Origin: an uncultured virus (IMG/VR IMGVR_UViG_3300043107_000144)
Taxonomy: Duplodnaviria; Heunggongvirae; Uroviricota; Caudoviricetes
Direction: 5' to 3' (one strand)
DNA length: 64,000 nucleotides
IMG/VR virus record: IMGVR_UViG_3300043107_000144
Shown piece after piece: positions 1 to 9,970 of this stretch. The notes beneath the pieces are model-generated. The model saw only the letters and a program-made list of their open reading frames with translations. It had not been told where the DNA came from and did no database searches. The position numbers and the translations under genes are program-made. Position 1 is the stretch's first letter. Each line of letters starts with the position of its first letter.

Positions 1-544
1 TTGCCGTGCTTGCTGCCGTTTTCGCGGTCGTCGCTGCGGCATTGGCATTATCCACCGCCTTGCCTGCTTTCTCCACCGCACTGTTAGCTTCCTCCACCGC
101 CTTGTCTGCATTGGCAAGTCTTTGATTTGCTTCCTCTGTCAAATGCTCCAAGAACGCATCGGTCATATCTTCAAGCGAAGGGGTAATCTCCGCCTTTTGC
201 TCGTCCGTTAAGTCTTGAAACCTTAACCGAATATCATCAAAGGCGACAAGGAGTTTCCATGTACTTTCGCTTGTGTATTTCCACTCAATACCGAGGTCGC
301 TCTTCTGAAACTCTGCGGTCTTGCCTTCGGCTTCTATCTCCAAATCCTCTCCGCCAACCCACCAAGTACCATCCTTGATAGAGGGCTTGCACTCGGAGTT
401 GATAAGGCTGACAAAGACGGACTTTTGGAGCTTTCCACCTGCTCCGCCTGACTGAACAACGACGATATAATCACCGCTGCCCAGTCCGCTTAGGGTCGTG
501 AAGTCTATCATTTCCCTATTTGTCATTTCTGCTGTATCTGCCAT
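1..544 (-). CDS. Putative tail fibre / virion structural protein (partial, runs off window start)
   Basis: ATG at 544 reads MADTAEMTNREMIDF...KPSIKDGTWWVGGED...; Ala-rich coiled-coil at the window edge; directly follows the large tail gene. Confidence 0.55.
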   Translation of the reverse strand, partial: MADTAEMTNREMIDFTTLSGLGSGDYIVVVQSGGAGGKLQKSVFVSLINSECKPSIKDGTWWVGGEDLEIEAEGKTAEFQKSDLGIEWKYTSESTWKLLVAFDDIRLRFQDLTDEQKAEITPSLEDMTDAFLEHLTEEANQRLANADKAVEEANSAVEKAGKAVDNANAAATTAKTAASTA

Positions 545-550
545 AAACAA

Positions 551-3500
551 TTATTTTACATTATCCTTTTTCGTTAAACTTATCGTCGTGCCGTTTACTC
601 CCACCTGATACCAGCTGCCGCCAATCTTGAAGTAGAGAACTCCGCTAGATACCTTGATACCACCATTGCCCGAAACGGTTGTAAAGTCCATGATACTGTC
701 CTCTACAATCATCTGCGAGCGTTGCAGGAGCGATGTTCCGATTGCAAAACCATTGCCGAAGAACATACTGCGGTAAATGGACGGGTCGATGGAAACATTC
801 ATTGCATAGATGTTCGTAACAACATCGAGTGAACCCAAATAGCTCTTTTTATCAACAAAAGCGTCCATGTAAGAGTATGCCTTTAACTTATATGTTCCTG
901 CGTCAAGTTTTACGGATATACTCTCTGTGCTGTGATTGATAGAACCAGTTAAATCAAAGAGGTCGGGACTTTCATCCATCGTCCATAGAGAAATCTCCAC
1001 ACCATCGCTCACCCTTACAAGAGAGAACTGCAAGCGTTGGCTGACTGATACATTACCCATCGGGCCTTCTGAACCTGATATGGAATCCCACTTGATGTAT
1101 GTTTCAATGATGTTTCCTCCGTTTATCGCGGTAAACGTCACAAGTGAGGTCTGATTGACAGTGAATTTTGTAAATGAATAGTCAGCAAAAAGGTCTGTTC
1201 CTGATGCACTGCCATCCCATGTCTTGTAGCTGACATCCCAATTACTTGTATTAAGTTTCTCGGCATTAAGCGTTATTGCATCACCTGCAAGACCTTTTCT
1301 ATCGCCATCCTTAATCTCTACACTAGAGGCAGCACTGCCAGAAAATAGTTGGTCGTAGGTCATTTCATCGCCAGTAAAAGAGGTCTTTTCCACCGCTGTA
1401 TTCTCCGTTTCTCCTGAAAGGATAGACATTCCCGACGTGCCGTTTGCAGAGATTCTAACGATGGTATTTCCCTGCTGCACCTTCACATCTCCCGAAAACG
1501 TACCCTTGGAAGCCTTTATCTCTCCCGTTTCCGAGTTTAACTGCAGCACGGGGTCGCCATTATCATCCGTTTCCACGGAAGAGAGCCATCCGACCGTGTG
1601 ACCGTTAACGAGTTTATCCGTCTTGTCCGCGTTCTTTGAGGTCGAGAAGGAGAAACCACCGATATTACCACTGTCAGCAATAAGCGTGTCAGTGGCGATG
1701 AAGTTGAACGTGTCTGCCATCTCCCAAATGCCGTTGTTGTCGCTGCCGCTGTCGACAGAGGGAATACTGCCTGCAGGAACCGTCGTACCTTGATTAAGCA
1801 CCTGATATTTGTTACCTTCATAGATAACTACATCCCGATACTCATCATTGTAGACGTAATCCGTAACACTTGCATCCCAAACGCCTCTTAGTCTTACGAT
1901 AACACCGTTCTTTCCTCTTTCGCCCTCTCTTCCGTACATATTAAACAGCCAAGGCTCGCCCCAATTCGTCCAGACAATCTGCTTGATACGTTTGGTTACG
2001 TACTGATAAGGGAAGTCGCTTGTCACCGCGCTTATCTCCTTGCTCCAAGAGTATATTTGCAGCCAGTAATTACTGTTGGTCGGGACAATGTTCTTGCATC
2101 CCACCTTGCAGCGGTAATACTTGCCGTTATAGGCAATTTCATCCCCTGCCGAGTAGGTCGTATCGCTAGCGTAGGAATACTTCGTTATAACGGGTAATAA
2201 ACCGTCCTTCCCTCTGTCCGTTGCAGCGGTCGCAGGAGCAGAAGGAATGGCAGAACTGTCCGAGAGAAGGTAGATATACTCTTCCTCTGAGGTATCCGCT
2301 GTAACCCTGATAGGCTCGCTCCATACCACATCGCCACTTGTCGTTGTGTAGCCAAACGATGTGTAAAGGTTGTCGATTGTCGAGATGGTAAATGATATTT
2401 GGTCGTCGCCATCTGATTTACTTCCATCCTTTACGTAGGCTACCCATACGTAGTGCGTGCCTTTTGTCGGTATCTCCAGTTTGACTGTCTGATAGTCCTC
2501 TCCCGAAACAGCAGCGGTGCAGTCAGACTTGTCAATCGTATCTGAATCAATCTTGCCAACTACCGCCATATCATATCCGCTCTCCGTTGAAGCACCCACG
2601 CCAAGGAAGAGAATAGAATTATCCTCACTCGCAGTAAAGGTAATCTTTGACTTGTACGTGGTACTGTCGGCTGTTTCCTTGGGCGAGTAATACACGCCAT
2701 CACTCTCCGTCCATCCGTCGCCCTTTGAAACCGTACACGTAAGGTTGTAGGCATTGGAGGTTTTCTTCCACCCACTGGGTGTTTCTCCGCTATCGGGGGT
2801 AGAAGGCTTCTCCGTGTCGTATCTGAACACCTGCAGGACGCTTGTTCCTGCTGCGCCCTCCTCTCCATCGAAAGGTTTGTACGTAGTGGTATAGGTGTAA
2901 TACGAAGTACCGTCGGAGAATATCGTTCTTGTTCTCTGCCATTCGTACACTCCCTTGTTCCACGTCTGACGCTTCACATACCACGTGGTCGGCTCTGTTT
3001 CATCAGAACTTGAATATCCGTACTCTGTCGTTACGGAGCTTACCGTAACACTCGTACCGTTATAGCCAACCTTCGTACATCCGTAGGTGTTTGTCGTAGT
3101 GCCATCGGAGTAAACAACGGTTGTCTTAGACCATATATACTTGTTCTCGCTTGCGGTCGGGTAGCTTGTATAGGTAAAGGCTGAATCGGCAGGCTGAACA
3201 TACGTATCTGTTACCGCATAGGTGATTGTCTTGCTTACAATCGTTATGCTTGTACCGTCTTCACCCTTCTCTCCGTCTTTACCTGCTGCTCCGTCCTTTC
3301 CATCCTTACCGTCTTTACCTGCTGCTCCGTCCGCTCCGTCATGCACAACGGGAATGGTTTCCGTATCAACAAGTGTGTCACCAAAATACAAGCTGAACGT
3401 GATACTGTCGCTTGTTTCTACCTTGACGTAGCTTCCGTAGGTGTAATATCCTGCGGTATGGTCGTAGCTGTACCGCATTGAATACCCATCAGGAAGGCTG

Positions 3501-6500
3501 CTCATTATCCCCTGAGAATCTTTCGTCTGATATTTAAGAGAGCAACTAACCTCACTTACCGAGTAGCTTCCATCCTTTCTAAGGGAGATAGCGTTAACCG
3601 AAGGAAGAAGGTCATAGATTACCGCGTCCGCTCCTGCAAGCTGTCTTAGAATAGTCAGGTAAACCGTTCTTTCGTACTTCTTCTCTGAATAGGTCGTTGT
3701 GGCTTTAATGCCAAGTTGAACACTCTCCGTACCCTTCTGAATATCGCTTACAGTAACCTTGTTACCGTCCACACTCGCTGTTACATCGCTGTTATCTATC
3801 AGCTCTACCTTGTCAATGGCAAGAGAGAGGTTGCCGTACCACATATTAACGCTCGTTTCGAAGGGAAGTCCGAAGAGCAGGTTTCCATCGCTGTCGCAGG
3901 CGACGCTTGTCATCTCGTTGGTAAGGTCAGCAGTAATGGTGCTTTCTCCCGACATCACACTTGTAATGGAGAAACGTTTCTCGAACGTGGCATTGCCCTC
4001 GCAGGAAACATATAGGTCGATGTATGCGTTATCCGCATCACTGATACTTGTTACAAACAGAAGACCGTTGACAACACTTGCTTCACATCCTACCGTATTG
4101 ATAGCCACCGTATAGCCACCCTCCTGATACGTAGGGCTAAAGAACAGCTCCGTACTTCCTCTGTATGCCTGAATACGGGTATTGATGGTGTTCTCCTTGA
4201 CGATTACGTTTACTCCGTCGGCTGTTACGTTCTCTCCGTCTGCTGTTACATTGACATCCTCCAAAAGGCTGATAACCTCGCCATCGCTGTTCACCTTCAC
4301 TACCGCCTCTTCATTGGTAAGGGTGACGGAGTAGGCTGATTCGCCTTTCAGCTCTTTCAGCTGTGAAGGGGTAAACTTGACAATCACACCCTTAAAGTAG
4401 GCATTCGACTGAAACGAACCATAGCCTGACATCTCCATCGAGCCGATTGTAAGCCCATCGAGAAGACCGTACTGCGCGACGATATTTCTGTTAGGCTCTA
4501 TCTCCCACGTGTTTACTCCGCTCAGATAACGTGTATATGTTCTTGTCATATACGCACTTGCCTGACGTGATTTGTCAGTGAAGTTTCCATAAACGGCAAA
4601 CTTCATCGCAGCACTTGGATGAACGGTCGTCCCTGCTTTGAGCGCATATCTGAACTGACATTTACCCGTTTGGTTGACGATAATATCCGTCGGGGTAAAG
4701 TAGCTCGTTGAGAAGCCGTATATTCGCTGAAAACCGCACTCGTCTACTTCTTCCGTCTGCTCCCCGTTGCCGAAGTTAGAGAAGATACCGCGACAAATAT
4801 CCGATACCTTGATAGTGGCTGCTTCGCCCTCTTCAAGTTTAAGCGTCGCAAGACATTTCTCTGTATCTACCGATTCGATTGTTCCAAAGGCGATACTGTT
4901 CCATAGCTCTCCGCTTACTGTGTCTACCCTGTTGAACCTTAATTCGGGGGTTTGGATGAATCCGCGAGAGATAATGCTTTCGAACTCGGCATTGCCAAGC
5001 TCATCAATCTGACCGCCTTTACCGTAAACAAGACCGGTAACAAAATCGCCAAACTTACTGTTTCCGTATGACTTATAACCATTCTTGAATGTGATGGTAC
5101 CGCTTGCTGTATCATCAGCATCCTTTCTAAGATAGCGCCTGTCAATCTGCGAAGCCGTAAGTCCTGCTCCGCTTCCGCTGCCGCTTCCATAAACACCTGA
5201 GTTGGCGATGATGGACTGAACCCTGTCTACTATCTGCTCTTGGAAGGAATAACTGGTTTCCACATCTTCCGATAACTCGACGGATATTTCAGGAAGAAGC
5301 TCACTTCCCTTACATTCATAGGTAAAGGATGAAACATACAGATTGTATATCTTCTTGTTATACTGGACGTCGAGCTTTGAATACTCGCTTATTTCCTTCA
5401 GTACAAGCGGGTTCTCCGCAAAGAAGATACGCGAGAAGTCAATGGAGAAGGTGAACTTTTCATCATTGTTCTCCGCCATATATCGAATCGCCTCCTCTTC
5501 TCCTCTCTTCTCTGCCGCCAAGATATACGACTGCGGAAGGTTAATATTGGTGATTTTGAACTTATCGCCAACAGAGGGTTTGTAGTTATTCTCCGCGTTC
5601 GGGCATATCACGCCAAAGGTGGAAACATCCTTCTGGACGCAAATCCATATACTGTTCTTGTTGGTATATTGCTGATATGATTGCAGCTCTCTTTCCACCA
5701 CCGTATCACCAAGCACCTTGTCGCTGTACGAACCATCTACTATGTCGCCATCCGGTTCTTTTACAAGCACCGGGTTCTTGAAGTAGTAATACCCTTCCTC
5801 GTTCTCGAATTTCGTAGACTGAATAAGGAACTTACATCCATTGCAGCTGCCACTTGTCATGTTGATAGTCATGGAATCCGTCTGCGTAGCACTGCCGAAC
5901 AAATCGAATCCATTCTCTCCATCATAGATATGCAGCTTTATGTAGAAGTAGGAGTGCTCATAGTTCTCTGCAGAGAGCGTGCCATCATCATCAACGTCCG
6001 CTTTCAGCGCATCGCTATCATCATCATCGAACGCAATATCTGCTATCTCGCCAAAAAGCTCTCCTTTTGAGTTTTCAATACCTTCAATGGTGGGCATTAT
6101 ATCTTCATCGGTAAGGATATAGTCGCTTGGCTTACCTGCCTTGAACGGGTTGTTGAAATGGTAATATTCTCCCGTATCAGGGTCAACAAATGTATTGTTC
6201 TCTGCGTAGTAGAAGCGTTCCGCTCCTGCTGTTGACCGGTAAATGGATGGCATCAGGTTGCTCTGATACTCGATTCGCGAGGATGTGTACCAGCGGAAGG
6301 ACTCTCCGTTAGAAAGGTTGCCGACGCATCCAATCTCTGCCAATGTGCTGAATGAATCCTCTCCACTGACGTATGAATACGTCACCTTAGAGTCTCCGTT
6401 GACTGCCACATTGGTAATGGTGAGCGATGTGACGTCATTTACCTGAGTGTCAGTGTTTGTTACATAGTCATGAACATAATATTTATATGTAGGGAACCCG

Positions 6501-7774
6501 GTATCAATAACAAGCGAGTAAAGACCTTCCTCCACGATACCACACTCCACGACACCATTCATCTCATAGGCATAGGTAATGAAGTTCTGGTCTTGGTCGT
6601 AGAGATAGAACTTTGGGCCATCTGCGTTGATTGGCGGAACGTATGTGATGAAGTTGACCTCCTCGGATGGGCGGTCTTTATCTTTAAACGTGAATATTCC
6701 CCTTACGTCGGATACCGACAAGTCGCATCTGCCGGTTGTCTTGATACCAACACGCAGCCAAAGTGAGGCTGGCCTTTCTTCGAGCGGATATGCCTTGTTC
6801 GGCTCAACAGAATCGTTGTTGAACTCCAAGAAGTCCTTATCCCACAAAGCATAGCCACCCTCTATTATCCGGCAGGTTACATCCGTATTCTCTCTTACCT
6901 TATCAACAAGAAGCTCGGGTGTTTTTATCTGTACCTTCTGACTGGTAAGTGCGATGTTCGAGAACTCGCTAAGGTTGGGGTAGTAGTGCGGAATGTTATC
7001 CTCCGAGCCTTTGAATGATACCTTGTTGACAATCTTGTTGTTTGAGTTTGTCTTCGTTATGGAAAGAAGTTCACTCTCGCTGCCGTACTTGAACGTGCGG
7101 TTGACGGTATTTGACATTCCACCAAATATGATTTTTCTTCCGTGGAACTCATAGGTTATCTCCAGCGTGTTGTACACCTCTTCGATAGCTGCGAGAATTT
7201 TCAAATCATCAAATGACAGCTCCTCTGATTCCTCGTAGTCAAAATCGGTAAGTGGGTCTATCATGGCGCAGAAACCATCGCCAACGGGAGTATCTTCCGT
7301 TGTAAGATAGGTCTTTGTCTGAAGGATTGAATCGCCAACCCCAGCAAAGAGCAGGGCGCAGTTAAGACGGTCTACGAACTCCTTTATGTTGCCGTAGAAC
7401 TTGAAGCTCGTTGAGTTGGAACAAGGCTTGTCCTTGGTAAGAGAATACTCATGAACGGAGTCCGTAAAGTAGACATTGCCAAGCACCTCTCTCTCGGAGT
7501 GAAATGTTATCTCATGCTTATAGAGAAGGTCTGTATTCTGCTTGGAAGATGTTGGGGTGAAGTCAATGAAGAAGTTCTCGTCGTTGAACTTTACATACTG
7601 CTCTCCATTGAACTCATCATCAAGACAGTCCTTATAGTAGACCGTTGCCGTAATGGAAGGAAGTCCCATACGCGACACGGTATATTTATATTCAGATATT
7701 TCTATGTCGTGAAACGCAGGGTCTTCATCCGTCCCGTTTACGTATGTTCGTATTTTTAGTAATTGTCGAATCAT
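551..7774 (-). CDS. Large tail tip / host-specificity protein with a collagen-like GxD repeat and beta-rich domains
   Basis: 2407 aa, S/T/D-rich, GADGAAGKDGKDGKDGAAGKDGEKGEDG repeat; resembles Bacteroidota phage tail proteins by eye. Confidence 0.75.
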   Translation of the reverse strand: MIRQLLKIRTYVNGTDEDPAFHDIEISEYKYTVSRMGLPSITATVYYKDCLDDEFNGEQYVKFNDENFFIDFTPTSSKQNTDLLYKHEITFHSEREVLGNVYFTDSVHEYSLTKDKPCSNSTSFKFYGNIKEFVDRLNCALLFAGVGDSILQTKTYLTTEDTPVGDGFCAMIDPLTDFDYEESEELSFDDLKILAAIEEVYNTLEITYEFHGRKIIFGGMSNTVNRTFKYGSESELLSITKTNSNNKIVNKVSFKGSEDNIPHYYPNLSEFSNIALTSQKVQIKTPELLVDKVRENTDVTCRIIEGGYALWDKDFLEFNNDSVEPNKAYPLEERPASLWLRVGIKTTGRCDLSVSDVRGIFTFKDKDRPSEEVNFITYVPPINADGPKFYLYDQDQNFITYAYEMNGVVECGIVEEGLYSLVIDTGFPTYKYYVHDYVTNTDTQVNDVTSLTITNVAVNGDSKVTYSYVSGEDSFSTLAEIGCVGNLSNGESFRWYTSSRIEYQSNLMPSIYRSTAGAERFYYAENNTFVDPDTGEYYHFNNPFKAGKPSDYILTDEDIMPTIEGIENSKGELFGEIADIAFDDDDSDALKADVDDDGTLSAENYEHSYFYIKLHIYDGENGFDLFGSATQTDSMTINMTSGSCNGCKFLIQSTKFENEEGYYYFKNPVLVKEPDGDIVDGSYSDKVLGDTVVERELQSYQQYTNKNSIWICVQKDVSTFGVICPNAENNYKPSVGDKFKITNINLPQSYILAAEKRGEEEAIRYMAENNDEKFTFSIDFSRIFFAENPLVLKEISEYSKLDVQYNKKIYNLYVSSFTYECKGSELLPEISVELSEDVETSYSFQEQIVDRVQSIIANSGVYGSGSGSGAGLTASQIDRRYLRKDADDTASGTITFKNGYKSYGNSKFGDFVTGLVYGKGGQIDELGNAEFESIISRGFIQTPELRFNRVDTVSGELWNSIAFGTIESVDTEKCLATLKLEEGEAATIKVSDICRGIFSNFGNGEQTEEVDECGFQRIYGFSTSYFTPTDIIVNQTGKCQFRYALKAGTTVHPSAAMKFAVYGNFTDKSRQASAYMTRTYTRYLSGVNTWEIEPNRNIVAQYGLLDGLTIGSMEMSGYGSFQSNAYFKGVIVKFTPSQLKELKGESAYSVTLTNEEAVVKVNSDGEVISLLEDVNVTADGENVTADGVNVIVKENTINTRIQAYRGSTELFFSPTYQEGGYTVAINTVGCEASVVNGLLFVTSISDADNAYIDLYVSCEGNATFEKRFSITSVMSGESTITADLTNEMTSVACDSDGNLLFGLPFETSVNMWYGNLSLAIDKVELIDNSDVTASVDGNKVTVSDIQKGTESVQLGIKATTTYSEKKYERTVYLTILRQLAGADAVIYDLLPSVNAISLRKDGSYSVSEVSCSLKYQTKDSQGIMSSLPDGYSMRYSYDHTAGYYTYGSYVKVETSDSITFSLYFGDTLVDTETIPVVHDGADGAAGKDGKDGKDGAAGKDGEKGEDGTSITIVSKTITYAVTDTYVQPADSAFTYTSYPTASENKYIWSKTTVVYSDGTTTNTYGCTKVGYNGTSVTVSSVTTEYGYSSSDETEPTTWYVKRQTWNKGVYEWQRTRTIFSDGTSYYTYTTTYKPFDGEEGAAGTSVLQVFRYDTEKPSTPDSGETPSGWKKTSNAYNLTCTVSKGDGWTESDGVYYSPKETADSTTYKSKITFTASEDNSILFLGVGASTESGYDMAVVGKIDSDTIDKSDCTAAVSGEDYQTVKLEIPTKGTHYVWVAYVKDGSKSDGDDQISFTISTIDNLYTSFGYTTTSGDVVWSEPIRVTADTSEEEYIYLLSDSSAIPSAPATAATDRGKDGLLPVITKYSYASDTTYSAGDEIAYNGKYYRCKVGCKNIVPTNSNYWLQIYSWSKEISAVTSDFPYQYVTKRIKQIVWTNWGEPWLFNMYGREGERGKNGVIVRLRGVWDASVTDYVYNDEYRDVVIYEGNKYQVLNQGTTVPAGSIPSVDSGSDNNGIWEMADTFNFIATDTLIADSGNIGGFSFSTSKNADKTDKLVNGHTVGWLSSVETDDNGDPVLQLNSETGEIKASKGTFSGDVKVQQGNTIVRISANGTSGMSILSGETENTAVEKTSFTGDEMTYDQLFSGSAASSVEIKDGDRKGLAGDAITLNAEKLNTSNWDVSYKTWDGSASGTDLFADYSFTKFTVNQTSLVTFTAINGGNIIETYIKWDSISGSEGPMGNVSVSQRLQFSLVRVSDGVEISLWTMDESPDLFDLTGSINHSTESISVKLDAGTYKLKAYSYMDAFVDKKSYLGSLDVVTNIYAMNVSIDPSIYRSMFFGNGFAIGTSLLQRSQMIVEDSIMDFTTVSGNGGIKVSSGVLYFKIGGSWYQVGVNGTTISLTKKDNVK

Positions 7775-7778
7775 AAAG

Positions 7779-7809
7779 CAAAAATAATGTTTTATATATC
7801 CAAAACAAA
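7779..7809 (-). promoter_or_regulatory. Bacteroidota sigma-A-type promoter for the tail gene
   Basis: TATTTTTG (-7 element) at 7786-7779, with TTTG upstream. Confidence 0.55.
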
Positions 7810-7819
7810 TAATTTACCA

Positions 7820-9364
7820 TTATTTCTCAACCGAAGAAGTGGTGCTCGTCTGAGAGGTCGCAGCTGCCTCGTTGCTCTGCTCTGCGAGCTTTCTTGCTTC
7901 CTCATCTTCCTTTTCCTTCTTCTCTTTCTTGATACGCATAAGCTCATCAGGATTGGAGAGGGTGTTCTTTTCCACTGCTGTCTGCTCCGAGATGATACCT
8001 GCCCCGTATGCTGCCTCTACCATGACGTTGTGCGCCTCCTCTGACTTAGGCTTCCATACTTGGAACTTGGCATTGATTCTAAGGTCGTCAAACTCCGTAA
8101 TGGCAGTCGGGTTCTCCCCACTGTAGACAAGCTCGCGGGCAAGACCTTCGCTGAATAAGCGCTGCATCTTGCTGGCTACGTTCTGCCACTCGATAACACC
8201 GTGCTGTGCGGTTGCCATATCTATCTCCTGCGTAAGCTCAACCGCAAGACCGCTGATGTCGGAACTGATGTTGATGTCTTCGGGAAGAATGATGGTTGTG
8301 CCGGCTGACATCTCAATGGTACGTTTCATCTCCTTCAATGTGTCAATCATGTTCTGCGGAGAGGGCGCGTCAAGTATCTTGGCATCGCTTTCAGGGTTTC
8401 CTGAGTTATCAACGAGTACCACGTTGCCGGCAATCTTCTGACCGTTGTTCTGAAGCTGTCCTTTGATATAGATGATTCCCCATCCATGACGCTTCTGAAT
8501 CACAAGGAATGTGTTGTAAAGTGATTCATAGGCTTCAATATCACTCTGCGCCTCGTTCCATGCTACATCGCCCCTGTGCGTGATAAGCGGGTTCTCCGAG
8601 AATCCATGCGCAACGGAGGGGTATCTCTTCCAAGAAGATGTAACAGCGCCTCTCTGGTCTACGGTAATCTCATTGGTAAGGCGGGTAAAGTATGTATCAT
8701 CGTAGCAATCTATGTACTCAACGTCATTTACCACGTAGTAAAGGCATTCAAGAATGTGCTTCCCGTTGTTGTTCTTATGGGTGATAATCTTGTACCCATC
8801 CTCGAAGCTGATGTTTCGGGCGTTTACCTTTCCGTCATCCATATAGAAGAGAAGGCCTGCGTTTCCGTAGGATTTCTGATTCTCAACGAACTTCGTCTTT
8901 ATACCTTCCATATTCTTGCTCACCCAAGCATCCTTGATGCGGACGAAGTTCTCCATCTGCTTGTCGGAGGGGTCGCTGTTGGCAAGGGTAAAGATAATCG
9001 GATTCACGCAGAGATGCCGCACCTGCTTGTTGCGGATAATCACCTGAAAGGGTACACCCACCCTGTACTGCTTGATTTCAAGATAACCTCCCTCGTTGGT
9101 CTTTACCGTGATGGCGGGGATGTTGTCATCAAAGAGTACGTCATGGGAGTAGACGTCCAGCTCGCGTGAGAATTTCTCCTGCGATACCGCCATGCGTTTG
9201 ATACACGGAAGCTCCGCTCTTACCTTATCCGTTAAGTAAACCTCCTTGGGCGTACTTAGTTGTCTGTGTCCTCCCTCCTTGATACCGCGGTAGAACGGTG
9301 TTGTCATAAGCAGCTGCTCAGGGTCGGAAAGAAGGCTTTCTATAAGTTCTCTATCTGTTGCCAT
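7820..9364 (-). CDS. Portal protein (SPP1-like)
   Basis: About 514 aa from MATDRE; downstream of terminase; typical C-terminus (GIISEQTAVEKNTLSNPDELMRIKKE). Confidence 0.75.
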   Translation of the reverse strand: MATDRELIESLLSDPEQLLMTTPFYRGIKEGGHRQLSTPKEVYLTDKVRAELPCIKRMAVSQEKFSRELDVYSHDVLFDDNIPAITVKTNEGGYLEIKQYRVGVPFQVIIRNKQVRHLCVNPIIFTLANSDPSDKQMENFVRIKDAWVSKNMEGIKTKFVENQKSYGNAGLLFYMDDGKVNARNISFEDGYKIITHKNNNGKHILECLYYVVNDVEYIDCYDDTYFTRLTNEITVDQRGAVTSSWKRYPSVAHGFSENPLITHRGDVAWNEAQSDIEAYESLYNTFLVIQKRHGWGIIYIKGQLQNNGQKIAGNVVLVDNSGNPESDAKILDAPSPQNMIDTLKEMKRTIEMSAGTTIILPEDINISSDISGLAVELTQEIDMATAQHGVIEWQNVASKMQRLFSEGLARELVYSGENPTAITEFDDLRINAKFQVWKPKSEEAHNVMVEAAYGAGIISEQTAVEKNTLSNPDELMRIKKEKKEKEDEEARKLAEQSNEAAATSQTSTTSSVEK

Positions 9365-9368
9365 ATTC

Positions 9369-9968
9369 TTATTGTTTATTGTTCTCAATCAGGTTCCAGT
9401 GCTGCTTGGCGTATTCCTTCGTCTGTAACCAGCACTCCTTACGGGTAATGGAACAGATGTGGTTGAACTTCGGCTGCACGATAACATACTGCTCGGAGGA
9501 CTTATCCTCCACCTTAAACTTATCATTGAGCTTCACGCGAAGGTCTGCAATGGTTTTCAGTCCCTTGTCGGGGTCAATGGTGCCGCTTGAAAGAGCCTGC
9601 TCTGTTCTCTCGATAAGCTCAATCATTGCCGCCTTGTTCTCCTCAAAGGTAATATCCTGCGTAGGCTGCTCTTCTTTCTTCTCCGCTTTTCGTCTTGCTA
9701 TCTCGGCTATCACGTCCGCACCCTGCGCGGCTCTTTCTTTTTGCTCGGAGCGTTGGCGGAAGTATTTTGTAAGCCAGTCAAACTTATCAAGACTTTCATA
9801 GCAGGAAATGTCATTGTCCTTTCCCGGAGAACCAAAGACGACCGTATAGCACATAAGGTCGTTGTCAAGGAAGGTGCGCAGAAGAGCATACGCAACGTCG
9901 CGTATTGTGACGTCCTGCCCGAACTTCCTAGCCTCGTCGATTACTTTCTCTATCTTTATCGTTTCCAT
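9369..9968 (-). CDS. Hypothetical protein, possible small terminase subunit
   Basis: 199 aa, helical, between terL and portal; call is positional only. Confidence 0.35.
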   Translation of the reverse strand: METIKIEKVIDEARKFGQDVTIRDVAYALLRTFLDNDLMCYTVVFGSPGKDNDISCYESLDKFDWLTKYFRQRSEQKERAAQGADVIAEIARRKAEKKEEQPTQDITFEENKAAMIELIERTEQALSSGTIDPDKGLKTIADLRVKLNDKFKVEDKSSEQYVIVQPKFNHICSITRKECWLQTKEYAKQHWNLIENNKQ

Positions 9969-9970
9969 AT

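Noticed and set aside
551..7774. Diversity-generating retroelement targeting the tail gene
   Set aside because: No reverse transcriptase and no template/variable repeat pair seen in this window.
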